Below are positions 1 through 7,577 of a DNA stretch of 39,757 nt, one piece after another. The DNA is taken from positions 1 to 39,757 of the IMG/VR virus record IMGVR_UViG_3300022933_000001, one strand, 5' to 3'. Origin of the DNA: a virus. The position numbers and the translations under genes are program-made. The first letter of the stretch is position 1. Each line of letters starts with the position of its first letter. The notes under the pieces were generated by a model that saw nothing but the letters and a program-made list of their open reading frames with translations, ran no database searches and was not told the DNA's origin.

Positions 1-127
1 CAAAGTCAAACCTTGTAGCGGCTATAAACGAATTAGATAGCGACATGGAGACAGTCGAGAATACGGTGGACTCCCATACGGCAGCAATCCCTGCTAACTT
101 ATCTACAAGATTGTCTGCGCTAGAAGC
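1..127. repeat. contig-end overlap, copy 1 (identical to 39631-39757)
   Basis: Direct base-by-base comparison of both ends. Confidence 0.97.
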
Positions 128-434
128 GAACGCCCCTAAAGCATTCGGTAGATTCACTACAGTAGCCTCCCCTGTCTTACTAGGTACAAGTTACAACGTA
201 ACATCAGTAACTCGTACAGCTACAGGTCAATACTCAGTAGTGTTAGATACAGACTGTACTACAGCCAACTACACAGTTATGCTTTCCTACGAGGATTCAA
301 CTGCTACTATCCAAACTGTAATGGCTAACACCATTGCTACCACAGGATTCAACATTGGGCTACGAGATTCGTCTAACGCTTTCTCTGACGCTTCGGAATC
401 CGTATCCTTTTCTATATTCGAGAACAACGGCTAA
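1..434 (+). CDS. tail fibre protein, C-terminal part (continuation of the ORF that leaves the window at 39757)
   Basis: The frame with codons starting at base 3 is open from base 1. It is the same frame as 37245..39757 once the 127-bp end overlap is collapsed. Stop TAA is at 432-434. The ATG at 45 in the ORF track is an internal Met. Confidence 0.85.
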   Translation, partial: KSNLVAAINELDSDMETVENTVDSHTAAIPANLSTRLSALEANAPKAFGRFTTVASPVLLGTSYNVTSVTRTATGQYSVVLDTDCTTANYTVMLSYEDSTATIQTVMANTIATTGFNIGLRDSSNAFSDASESVSFSIFENNG

Positions 435-438
435 TAAA

Positions 439-915
439 ATGAATATTATAATTAAATATCTAATAGGTCTTTTTGCCCTTTGGCAACCCTCTTTAAACGT
501 GGAGATGCACGACCGTAACAATGATGGAATTGTATCTTCCGTTGGTGGAACGACTAATCATGACTACGCTCATAGCTTTGAGATACAAGGCAGGTGGAGT
601 GCCATCTCTTATACTTATAAAAGGAACGACCCTTATCGCGTGATGGGGGATACGAGTGGTATGGTGCGCTTTGATGTACCTGTTACTACAGGCGAAACAC
701 AAGTGGTATATTTTGTTGCAGATAATACATCATCGCATTATCTTTATTTTCATAGGATAGGGGGAGTGAGTGTACACGAAGGGGTAGGTATTGATTGGAA
801 TACTACATCACTTGACCCCAACGCTACTGCGACTCTATGCCTTGTGGGGATACCTAGCGGCACTCTTTTCTACGATAATGGCGACACCATCTACAAAACC
901 CATCCACGAGAATAA
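439..915 (+). CDS. hypothetical protein (158 aa) with hydrophobic N-terminus, downstream of the fibre gene
   Basis: ATG 439 lies 5 nt after the fibre stop. The N-terminus is MNIIIKYLIGLFALW and the rest looks beta-rich. The upstream part of track ORF 334..915 overlaps the fibre gene out of frame and is not used. Confidence 0.6.
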   Translation: MNIIIKYLIGLFALWQPSLNVEMHDRNNDGIVSSVGGTTNHDYAHSFEIQGRWSAISYTYKRNDPYRVMGDTSGMVRFDVPVTTGETQVVYFVADNTSSHYLYFHRIGGVSVHEGVGIDWNTTSLDPNATATLCLVGIPSGTLFYDNGDTIYKTHPRE

Positions 916-921
916 CATATA

Positions 922-1230
922 ATGTATACACGCCTCCGAATCTACCTTATAGTCCTCTTCCTATTCCCTATAGCGTGCGCATTAACACCCCTTGAGGCGG
1001 GACTTGTTGGAGCTGTTGCAGGTACAACTACCACTATGTTACTTGATAGTGACCCCGATATAATCGTAGGGGATGGAGCTACAGTAGTCCAAGAGCAGGT
1101 GGATAACGCCTATGGACTACTCGCTGTGCTTATCGACAACGCTTGGTCGGTGGCTTTGGTTTGCCTTGTCTTTTGGTTTCTTCCCAATCCGTCACAGATA
1201 CGTCGGCTGTTGAAGAAGAAAGCGAAGTGA
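922..1230 (+). CDS. holin-like small membrane protein (102 aa)
   Basis: Two to three hydrophobic segments are visible (IYLIVLFLFPIACAL; LLAVLIDNAWSVALVCLVFWFL). The C-terminal tail is basic (RRLLKKKAK). It is the last gene of the + strand late operon. Confidence 0.55.
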   Translation: MYTRLRIYLIVLFLFPIACALTPLEAGLVGAVAGTTTTMLLDSDPDIIVGDGATVVQEQVDNAYGLLAVLIDNAWSVALVCLVFWFLPNPSQIRRLLKKKAK

Positions 1231-1555
1231 CCGTGTAGGAGTTTCGTTGTGGTACGTTCAGGAGATAATCAACGAACTTAGGGTTGTCTATAATTATTTG
1301 ATATAGTACCTGACTCAAGACGTACACCTCTTGGTGACTCATCTCTAAATCTAGGAAATCATCCACCGCGTGGACTAGCTCGTGTAACACAGTCACCCTT
1401 TCCTGAACCTCACCGCACTCACTATTTATTGTGATGGTCATTTCATTTGGGTCCCACACGCCGTAGACTTCCTCTTCAGGGTCTACGGGCTTACTGTTAG
1501 AAACAATCACGGGAATAGATACACCGAGAAGCCTTATATGTTTAGGTCTAAACAT
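1130..1555 (-). CDS. small HExxH zinc-metallopeptidase-like protein (141 aa)
   Basis: The motif VLHELVHAVDD is an HExxH signature. The start overlaps the exonuclease stop (ATGTTTAG). It is the last gene of the - strand replication operon. Confidence 0.6.
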   Translation of the reverse strand: MFRPKHIRLLGVSIPVIVSNSKPVDPEEEVYGVWDPNEMTITINSECGEVQERVTVLHELVHAVDDFLDLEMSHQEVYVLSQVLYQIIIDNPKFVDYLLNVPQRNSYTVTSLSSSTADVSVTDWEETKRQGKPKPPTKRCR

Positions 1556-2294
1556 TAGCAGGCTTCCAAAGTTTTAGGGTGTTCGAGCTGAGTATGTAAT
1601 CACTACCTCGTAGTATCCTAGCCAAGCGTGCTTGCACTAAAGCCTCATCATACTCTATACCTTTCGATGCAAAGGTCTCAAGTACAGCTACCCACATATC
1701 CTCTGTAGGAACGTCGAGTATCTTAGCCGCCGTCTTAGGACCAACGGAAGGACATCCTTTGTACCCATCTGTAGAGTCACCACATAATGTTTGGAACATA
1801 TGGTTGTAGTGCGCATACTCAGGTGTTATCTCAGTAATGCCATCTTCAGGATAGTTAGGATTGAAGTGCAACCCCGCTACAGTCTTGAGGTCCTTATCTA
1901 CGGAAATCATTATACCCTCCTCAGAGAGCAAGCCGAGTAAGTCATCAGCCTCTAAGGTATCAACCACCTTAGAATCATAGGTCTTCATCGCCCACTCCTT
2001 CAGAGGGGAGAGGACTATAGGTTTGCGATTCTTCTTACGGTTAGCCTTATACTCAGGGTATATAGTGTTCCTCCAATTATTAGAACCTGAGAAGCAGAGT
2101 AAGATAGGGAAGTCATCAGGGAACTCTGCCCTGATAGCCTCTATCTCCTGCTCAAAGATTTCCTTAGCTGTACCAAGGTCTGAGTGGAGTGTCCATAAGT
2201 CATCATCCCATTCAGTCTCTATCTCAGAGGCGAACGAGGCTTTATAGAGAGGCACGTCGGCATCTATAAGTAAAAGTGGTAGGTCTTCTGTCAT
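1548..2294 (-). CDS. 5'-3' exonuclease, FEN/T7 gp6-like
   Basis: N-terminal acidic PIN-like motif LLIDADVPLYKA, internal ADDLLG and VDKDLKT motifs, and an H3TH-like GDSTDGYKGCPSVGPKTAAKIL. It is positioned after the DNA polymerase, as in T7. Confidence 0.88.
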   Translation of the reverse strand: MTEDLPLLLIDADVPLYKASFASEIETEWDDDLWTLHSDLGTAKEIFEQEIEAIRAEFPDDFPILLCFSGSNNWRNTIYPEYKANRKKNRKPIVLSPLKEWAMKTYDSKVVDTLEADDLLGLLSEEGIMISVDKDLKTVAGLHFNPNYPEDGITEITPEYAHYNHMFQTLCGDSTDGYKGCPSVGPKTAAKILDVPTEDMWVAVLETFASKGIEYDEALVQARLARILRGSDYILSSNTLKLWKPANV

Positions 2295-2357
2295 TGTTTC
2301 TTGTCCTTATTATAGTGGTGATGTGGGGGTTATCAAGTAGAATCTTAGGTTTATTTT

Positions 2358-2597
2358 CTAGCACTCAACATCGCTCATACGACGTTGGAACTCTTGGTCT
2401 TCAATATACACATGGTAAGCCTTATGCATACTATCTACAACCTCCTTCAATTCATCTACGTTTATGATTGCATCGCCTTCAGCGTTCTTAACGATGACAT
2501 CTCCGTCGGGGTAGAGGGTGAACTGCACCTCGTCGAATTGGTTAGGGTCAGATGGGTAACAGAAGTTTTCAGTCTCTATTGTTTTGATTGGTTTCAT
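2358..2597 (-). CDS. hypothetical protein (79 aa)
   Basis: ATG-initiated ORF in the operon orientation that fills the gap between flanking genes. No recognisable motif. Confidence 0.55.
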   Translation of the reverse strand: MKPIKTIETENFCYPSDPNQFDEVQFTLYPDGDVIVKNAEGDAIINVDELKEVVDSMHKAYHVYIEDQEFQRRMSDVEC

Positions 2598-2605
2598 TTT
2601 GTTTA

Positions 2606-2818
2606 TTAGTTAGTGTAAACCCATATAGGAGTATTCTCTCCTACATAAGCGTGGATGGTATTAAACTCTAGGAACTCTAACGCTTCCTCATAGTCCATCC
2701 CATCCCTATCGTGAAGAACTTGTATAGCTTTATCTACAGAGTAGACAGCGATGTTATCTTTAGTTATACCAAGCATCGCCTTATCAAACCCGTTTGCAAT
2801 TAAAAGTTCTTCTTCCAT
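2606..2818 (-). CDS. hypothetical protein (70 aa)
   Basis: ATG ORF whose start abuts the DNAP stop (1-nt overlap at 2818). Same strand as the operon. Confidence 0.6.
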   Translation of the reverse strand: MEEELLIANGFDKAMLGITKDNIAVYSVDKAIQVLHDRDGMDYEEALEFLEFNTIHAYVGENTPIWVYTN

Positions 2819-4743
2819 TAGTGAGTCTCAGCCCAATTGTTTCCTAGTTTATACTCACCGTCCATCGGACAATGAATGTTGAATTGTTTCCCTGCGTGTA
2901 TCATTGCTGACACCGCAAGCTGTCCGACTCGTTCAGCTTGGTCTTCTCTGACCTCTAGCTGTACTTCGTCGTGGACATGGAGTACTAGCTTAGCATCTAA
3001 TCCCTCCGTGTCAATAGCTTCCATTAGATTAACTGTAGCTTGCTTCATAAGGATTGCTCCTGTTGATTGCATCAGCAGGTTCAGAGCTGAGTGTTCAGAG
3101 CGTACAGGTAGCTTCCTGCCATCTAAACCTCGCAACCACCCACGCTTCTTAGCCACGCCCTTCACCTCTTTGATGAGGTTGTTAAGGGCAGGCAGAGCCC
3201 TTAGAAATCTACCTCGCAAGGCACGTCCTGCTCCCTCACCACGCTCTACTATCTCACCTATCTTTGCATTACCTGCCCCATATAGGAAGGCGTAGATGAA
3301 AGTCTTAGCTTGGTCACGGGTATCTAAACCTGCCGCCCATTGGTTGAGAGTATGGATGTCACCTGATAGTATCTCATTGACATACTCACCCTCATCCCAA
3401 TCATACATATAGTGAGCGAGGCATCGTAACTCTAAGCCGCTCATATCTGCACCCACCATCTTGTAACCTTTCGGTACATCGAAGACAGACCGACAGGCTT
3501 CTCCGAACTCAACACGCACCGCAGGTACTTGACTCATGTTAGGCGTGTTGTGAGTACACCTACCTGATAGCGCACCGTTGTGGTTAATACGTCCGTGCAT
3601 ACGTCCCCCTTTCTCTAGCTTCAACCATGCGTTATCTCCCTCAGCTATCTGACCTATGCGCTTGCATAGCATCATGTATCTAGCGATGAGGATAGCTTCG
3701 GGGTAATCTAAACCATTGAGTATTTCCTCGTCCACGCGGGGCTTACCTGTTGGGGAGTACTCTGTAGGTATCCACTTATGCTTCTTTATGAAAGCTTCAG
3801 CTATCTGCTGTCGGCTATTAGGATTAAAATGTTTCTCCTTAGTCTTCAGAGGTCCTGCTGTTAGAGCCTGTCTGATGTTGTAAGGGGCTTCGCTCTTAAT
3901 CCTATACTTGTTTCCCTCAGCGTCAAGCCAATAAGCTACCGTCTTAGTCTCAATAGTCTCAGGAGGAAACACCTTTGCAATTTCCTTTAAGACCTTATCC
4001 TTCTCACCTAAGAGTGTGCCGTAAAGAGAGGCACAGGATTCTGTATTGAAACCTACCCCGTTGCGTTCCATCTGCGCTAACGCAGTAGCAAACTTATGCT
4101 CTAGGTCTAGACTACGCTTGGTCATCTCCTCCCCCTCTAGCTTGTGGGCTAGGTGAAGAGTGACGATGGTATCTTGTATACAATACTCGCCCATCTCTAG
4201 GGAGTACTCCGTCCAATCAGTATCCTCATGGCTGAACTCTCCCTTCAGAGAGCCGAGCCTATAGCCCCAAGCCTTGAGGGAGTGAGAGCCACGATACTTC
4301 TTAGGTATCCTCTCAGCCATGTAGTCTGTATCCATCAGGTTAGGGAAAGCCATACGACTCATCACTAAGGTATCTCGCACCCTAGCCTGTGTCTTCCAAT
4401 TAGGATACAGCTTCTTTATCACAGGGATGTCAAAGCCTATGATGTTATGCCCTACAATAGTCTCTGCATTAGAGAGGTGGTGTAGTGCCATAGGTATGTC
4501 ATCCTGTGCGAATAAGGAAGAGTCTCCGTTCGGTGTTGTTAGTGAGATGCAATGTATCTTAGTACACTCATCTAGTAATCCATCAGTCTCCATGTCGAAG
4601 ATGAAGGTATCTTTTGTTTGTTCTTTTAATTGTCCCATTGTTTCTATTAGGTCAGGTCTTGGTTGTTTGTAATCCATGAGGTCCATCTTAAAATTAGGAC
4701 GAAACCTCTTATGAGTATCGCGGAGCATTAGGGTTATGTTCAT
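2818..4743 (-). CDS. family A DNA polymerase with 3'-5' exonuclease domain (T7 gp5-like, 641 aa)
   Basis: Exo motifs FDMETDGL, HNIIGFDIPV and YCIQDT. Pol motifs DMSGLELRCLAH (A), RDQAKTFIYAFLYGAG (B) and HVHDEVQ (C). Confidence 0.95.
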   Translation of the reverse strand: MNITLMLRDTHKRFRPNFKMDLMDYKQPRPDLIETMGQLKEQTKDTFIFDMETDGLLDECTKIHCISLTTPNGDSSLFAQDDIPMALHHLSNAETIVGHNIIGFDIPVIKKLYPNWKTQARVRDTLVMSRMAFPNLMDTDYMAERIPKKYRGSHSLKAWGYRLGSLKGEFSHEDTDWTEYSLEMGEYCIQDTIVTLHLAHKLEGEEMTKRSLDLEHKFATALAQMERNGVGFNTESCASLYGTLLGEKDKVLKEIAKVFPPETIETKTVAYWLDAEGNKYRIKSEAPYNIRQALTAGPLKTKEKHFNPNSRQQIAEAFIKKHKWIPTEYSPTGKPRVDEEILNGLDYPEAILIARYMMLCKRIGQIAEGDNAWLKLEKGGRMHGRINHNGALSGRCTHNTPNMSQVPAVRVEFGEACRSVFDVPKGYKMVGADMSGLELRCLAHYMYDWDEGEYVNEILSGDIHTLNQWAAGLDTRDQAKTFIYAFLYGAGNAKIGEIVERGEGAGRALRGRFLRALPALNNLIKEVKGVAKKRGWLRGLDGRKLPVRSEHSALNLLMQSTGAILMKQATVNLMEAIDTEGLDAKLVLHVHDEVQLEVREDQAERVGQLAVSAMIHAGKQFNIHCPMDGEYKLGNNWAETH

Positions 4744-6377
4744 CGTGCGTAAGCCGCCTTCTCTTTATTGATGAGGGATACCGAAGCTGTCTCCTTCAGT
4801 CTCCCTGTTTCTTTGTTGTACTTAAGGGTGCAGTTTATCCCTGTCTCCCCTGAGTATCTGTTCTTCAGTACCCTAACGGTAGTTACGTCAGCCTCATCTT
4901 CAGACTGTTGGTCACGTTCAAAGCCTATAACTAAGTCACTGAGTTGCCCAAGGCTTGCGCTTCCCCTAAGTTGAGCCAAGCTAGTCTTCGCTCCTTCTTC
5001 GTGCGCCTTACCTTCGGGTCGTTTGAGATGCGACACGAGGATGAGAGCTATGCCTAGTTCCTCTACAAGAGAGCGGAGCTTGGTCATTATGTTGTCAATG
5101 CGCCTACGCTCATCACCATCTTCATACCCTGATACCATGATAGATATGTGGTCAAGGAATACATACTCTACGTCGAGAGCCTTCACCATGTATCTTATCT
5201 TACCTAGTAGGTGGTCGGAGTCCATCGAACCGAAGTGGTCATACAGTACACAGTTACCTGTACCCATCGTAGCTTGGAATGCCTCGTGTAATCTCTCCAT
5301 CCCTACATCAGTACCATGTATATGAATAGGTAGGTTGAGTGAGATACCCATAATGCCCTTAGCAGTACGCGCCACGCTCTCTTCGAGTGCGATGTAGCCT
5401 ACCTTCTTGTCATTGATTATCAGGTGGTGTGCTACCTCTCGGCAGATGCTAGACTTGCCGATGCCTGTGCCTGATGTGAGCGTGACTAACTCACCCTTGC
5501 GGATGCCGTAAGTCTTATCGTTCAACCCTGCCCATGGATACGGGAAGGATTCTGAATCGTCCACCTCTGACACCTGTTCCCATAGGTCTTCACCTAAGAC
5601 AACACCATCAGGTCTGAAAGGTTTAGCACCCCATTGGGCTGACACTAGCTCACTACCTCGACCTGCCACTAACATCTCGTTAGCGTCCTTCAAGGGTAGC
5701 GTAGCTATCTTAGCCTTACCTACTGAGAGCATAAGGCTACACTTCTCCGCCGCCTCGCGTCCTGCTTGGTCGTTATCAAACATGAACACTACAGACTCGA
5801 ATGTCTCTAGCCACTCAAGGCTACGAGCCACAGCTTTATGCGCACCCTGCGCACCGTTAGGCACGGAGACTACAGCCCACTTGTTGCCTGTCTGTTGGCT
5901 GACTGATAGAGCATCTATCTCTCCCTCAGTTACGGTGACCATCTTGCCACCACCTCGCCATAGGTGTTCACCATACAGCCCCATCTTCTTGGAGTTGCCT
6001 AGTATCTGAAAGGATTTGTCAGGCATCCGTAGCTTCTGTGCTATCGGTACACCTGCATCGTTGCGGTACGTCGCTACCTGCATAGGCTTACCATGATGTA
6101 GTGTTACACCATAGTCCCATTTCTTACAGGTCTCTTCGTTTAGCCCACGGTTAGGTATGGCTTGGTATTCTCTGTCTATTAAAGACTTAGAGACTTCGGG
6201 TTGCTTCTCAGAAGCTACTCCTGATTCTTGCTCGTGGTAACTACAGCTAAAGCAGTAGCCATGCCCGTCATCATATCTTGCAAGAGCGTCTGAGGATTCG
6301 CAACTTGGGCAGGCTTCATGTCCTGTAAAGTTACTGTCTGAATCAAGACGTGAGTTGTTGGTGTTGTTGTTGTCCAT
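4740..6377 (-). CDS. bifunctional primase-helicase (T7 gp4-like, 545 aa)
   Basis: Cys4 zinc ribbon CPSCESSD..GYCFSC. TOPRIM motifs VTEGEIDALS and FDNDQAG. SF4 helicase Walker A SGTGIGKSS, Walker B VFLDHIS, plus LRGSASLGQ. Confidence 0.95.
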   Translation of the reverse strand: MDNNNTNNSRLDSDSNFTGHEACPSCESSDALARYDDGHGYCFSCSYHEQESGVASEKQPEVSKSLIDREYQAIPNRGLNEETCKKWDYGVTLHHGKPMQVATYRNDAGVPIAQKLRMPDKSFQILGNSKKMGLYGEHLWRGGGKMVTVTEGEIDALSVSQQTGNKWAVVSVPNGAQGAHKAVARSLEWLETFESVVFMFDNDQAGREAAEKCSLMLSVGKAKIATLPLKDANEMLVAGRGSELVSAQWGAKPFRPDGVVLGEDLWEQVSEVDDSESFPYPWAGLNDKTYGIRKGELVTLTSGTGIGKSSICREVAHHLIINDKKVGYIALEESVARTAKGIMGISLNLPIHIHGTDVGMERLHEAFQATMGTGNCVLYDHFGSMDSDHLLGKIRYMVKALDVEYVFLDHISIMVSGYEDGDERRRIDNIMTKLRSLVEELGIALILVSHLKRPEGKAHEEGAKTSLAQLRGSASLGQLSDLVIGFERDQQSEDEADVTTVRVLKNRYSGETGINCTLKYNKETGRLKETASVSLINKEKAAYAR

Positions 6378-6715
6378 CGTTTTGTTTCTATTGATGCTAT
6401 GATTCTCTTATCGTCCTCGATTACCCCGTGCGTTTGAAGCGCATCCCATAGAGCCTTGTTGTAATTGTCAAGGTCAGGGTTAGGGTAGTCGAGTTTCGTA
6501 GTCTTCGGTCGTTGCACTTCAAAGAGTTGTGCAATGAGTAGAGAACTATTAAGAGGTAAAATACCTTCAGCCTTTGCTTCCTTGATTACTTGCGCTATGG
6601 TTACATGGATGTTCTTTCGATACTCCGTGTATTTCTTACCATAATAAACCCCCCATTTACTGACTCGGGGTCTACTCGCAGGCACAGGGTTTTGTTTAAG
6701 CTGAAGGTATAACAT
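6215..6715 (-). CDS. rusA: RusA-family Holliday junction resolvase with an unusually long C-terminal extension
   Basis: RusA-like pattern PASRPRV..., NPDLDNYNKALWDAL and VIEDDKRI. The last ~54 codons overlap the primase-helicase start out of frame. Confidence 0.7.
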   Translation of the reverse strand: MLYLQLKQNPVPASRPRVSKWGVYYGKKYTEYRKNIHVTIAQVIKEAKAEGILPLNSSLLIAQLFEVQRPKTTKLDYPNPDLDNYNKALWDALQTHGVIEDDKRIIASIETKRWTTTTPTTHVLIQTVTLQDMKPAQVANPQTLLQDMMTGMATALAVVTTSKNQE

Positions 6716-6717
6716 GA

Positions 6718-6954
6718 TTATAGTTTATCCTCCTGAAAGTCTTTCCAAGATTCAAATCGTTCTTCAGGGGTGAGTAAAGACATCGCTTCCACCCACTTGT
6801 AGTAGCCCCAATGATGGTCTCTCATCTTTGGTTCTTTATCCTTTAGCCTTTCATCGTACTCTTCACGAGTTTCTTTGACAGGCATAGGTTTCCACTCAGG
6901 ATTGGAAGCCCATTCACGAGCTTCCTTCTCTTCCATATCTTCGGGAAAAAACAT
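6718..6954 (-). CDS. hypothetical protein (78 aa)
   Basis: ATG ORF tightly packed between the SSB and RusA genes on the operon strand. Confidence 0.6.
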   Translation of the reverse strand: MFFPEDMEEKEAREWASNPEWKPMPVKETREEYDERLKDKEPKMRDHHWGYYKWVEAMSLLTPEERFESWKDFQEDKL

Positions 6955-6956
6955 AA

Positions 6957-7559
6957 TTAGAAGTTAAAGCTGTCGCCTCCTTCGACTTCGCTAAAACTCT
7001 CAGCACCCGCAGGTACTACCGTCTTAGCTGTGCCTTCTTCTACAACATCGAAGGCATCTGCTGATGCTTCTTCGCCGTAATAGTTAGCGTCTATAATCTG
7101 AGCCGACACGATTTCAAACGTCACTCCGACCTTCGGGTTACCGTAAGGTTTCATGCCGATTGACATCCTTAGCTTTGTTCCTTTACCTAGCGAACCTTCA
7201 GGTGTGAAGGGCTGTAGGTCAGCACCAAACAGCACAGGTGGTTTGTTCTCCCACGTTGAGCCATCCTTTCTGATACCACTAGCTTTACGCTTGCACTTAA
7301 AGACGAGCTTACCTGTTTTGTTTCCTTCCTCATCGACGTGTTCTTTAATCGGTAGAGGGTTTGTTGCTTTGGAAGCACCGAAGTGTTCGCGTGTCTCTGT
7401 GTAAAAAGCCTCAGCATCTGCAACAAAAGATTCTGCATCTGCCTTATCCACGAGTAAGTCACAGTACCACTGAGGGTCGAACTTTGTATCGGGTGCTTCG
7501 TTTAAGGCACACCATGATGATGTACCAATTGGGGTTGTAATTTTTTTGGTCTTTACCAT
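6957..7559 (-). CDS. single-stranded DNA-binding protein, T7 gp2.5-like (200 aa)
   Basis: It lies between the RNAP and the nuclease/primase genes. The size fits gp2.5, and the acidic C-terminal tail ends in an aromatic residue (EVEGGDSFNF), as in gp2.5. Confidence 0.65.
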   Translation of the reverse strand: MVKTKKITTPIGTSSWCALNEAPDTKFDPQWYCDLLVDKADAESFVADAEAFYTETREHFGASKATNPLPIKEHVDEEGNKTGKLVFKCKRKASGIRKDGSTWENKPPVLFGADLQPFTPEGSLGKGTKLRMSIGMKPYGNPKVGVTFEIVSAQIIDANYYGEEASADAFDVVEEGTAKTVVPAGAESFSEVEGGDSFNF

Positions 7560-7577
7560 TTTATTTCCTGCCTCATT

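Noticed and set aside
1-127. The 127-bp end duplication as a biological direct terminal repeat
   Set aside because: It falls inside the fibre ORF, which reads through in frame once the overlap is collapsed. Its length equals a common assembler maximum k-mer. The T7-like termini are expected in the 14.9-15.5-kb non-coding region instead.
2876-3295. 139-aa + strand ORF inside the DNA polymerase gene. Similar antisense ORFs include 4427-4672, 5023-5325, 9655-9954, 19358-19816, 24111-24437, 32914-33339 and 35581-35952.
   Set aside because: All are fully embedded antisense in long CDSs with clear motifs. They lack an SD and give low-complexity or Cys/Ser/Arg-rich translations.
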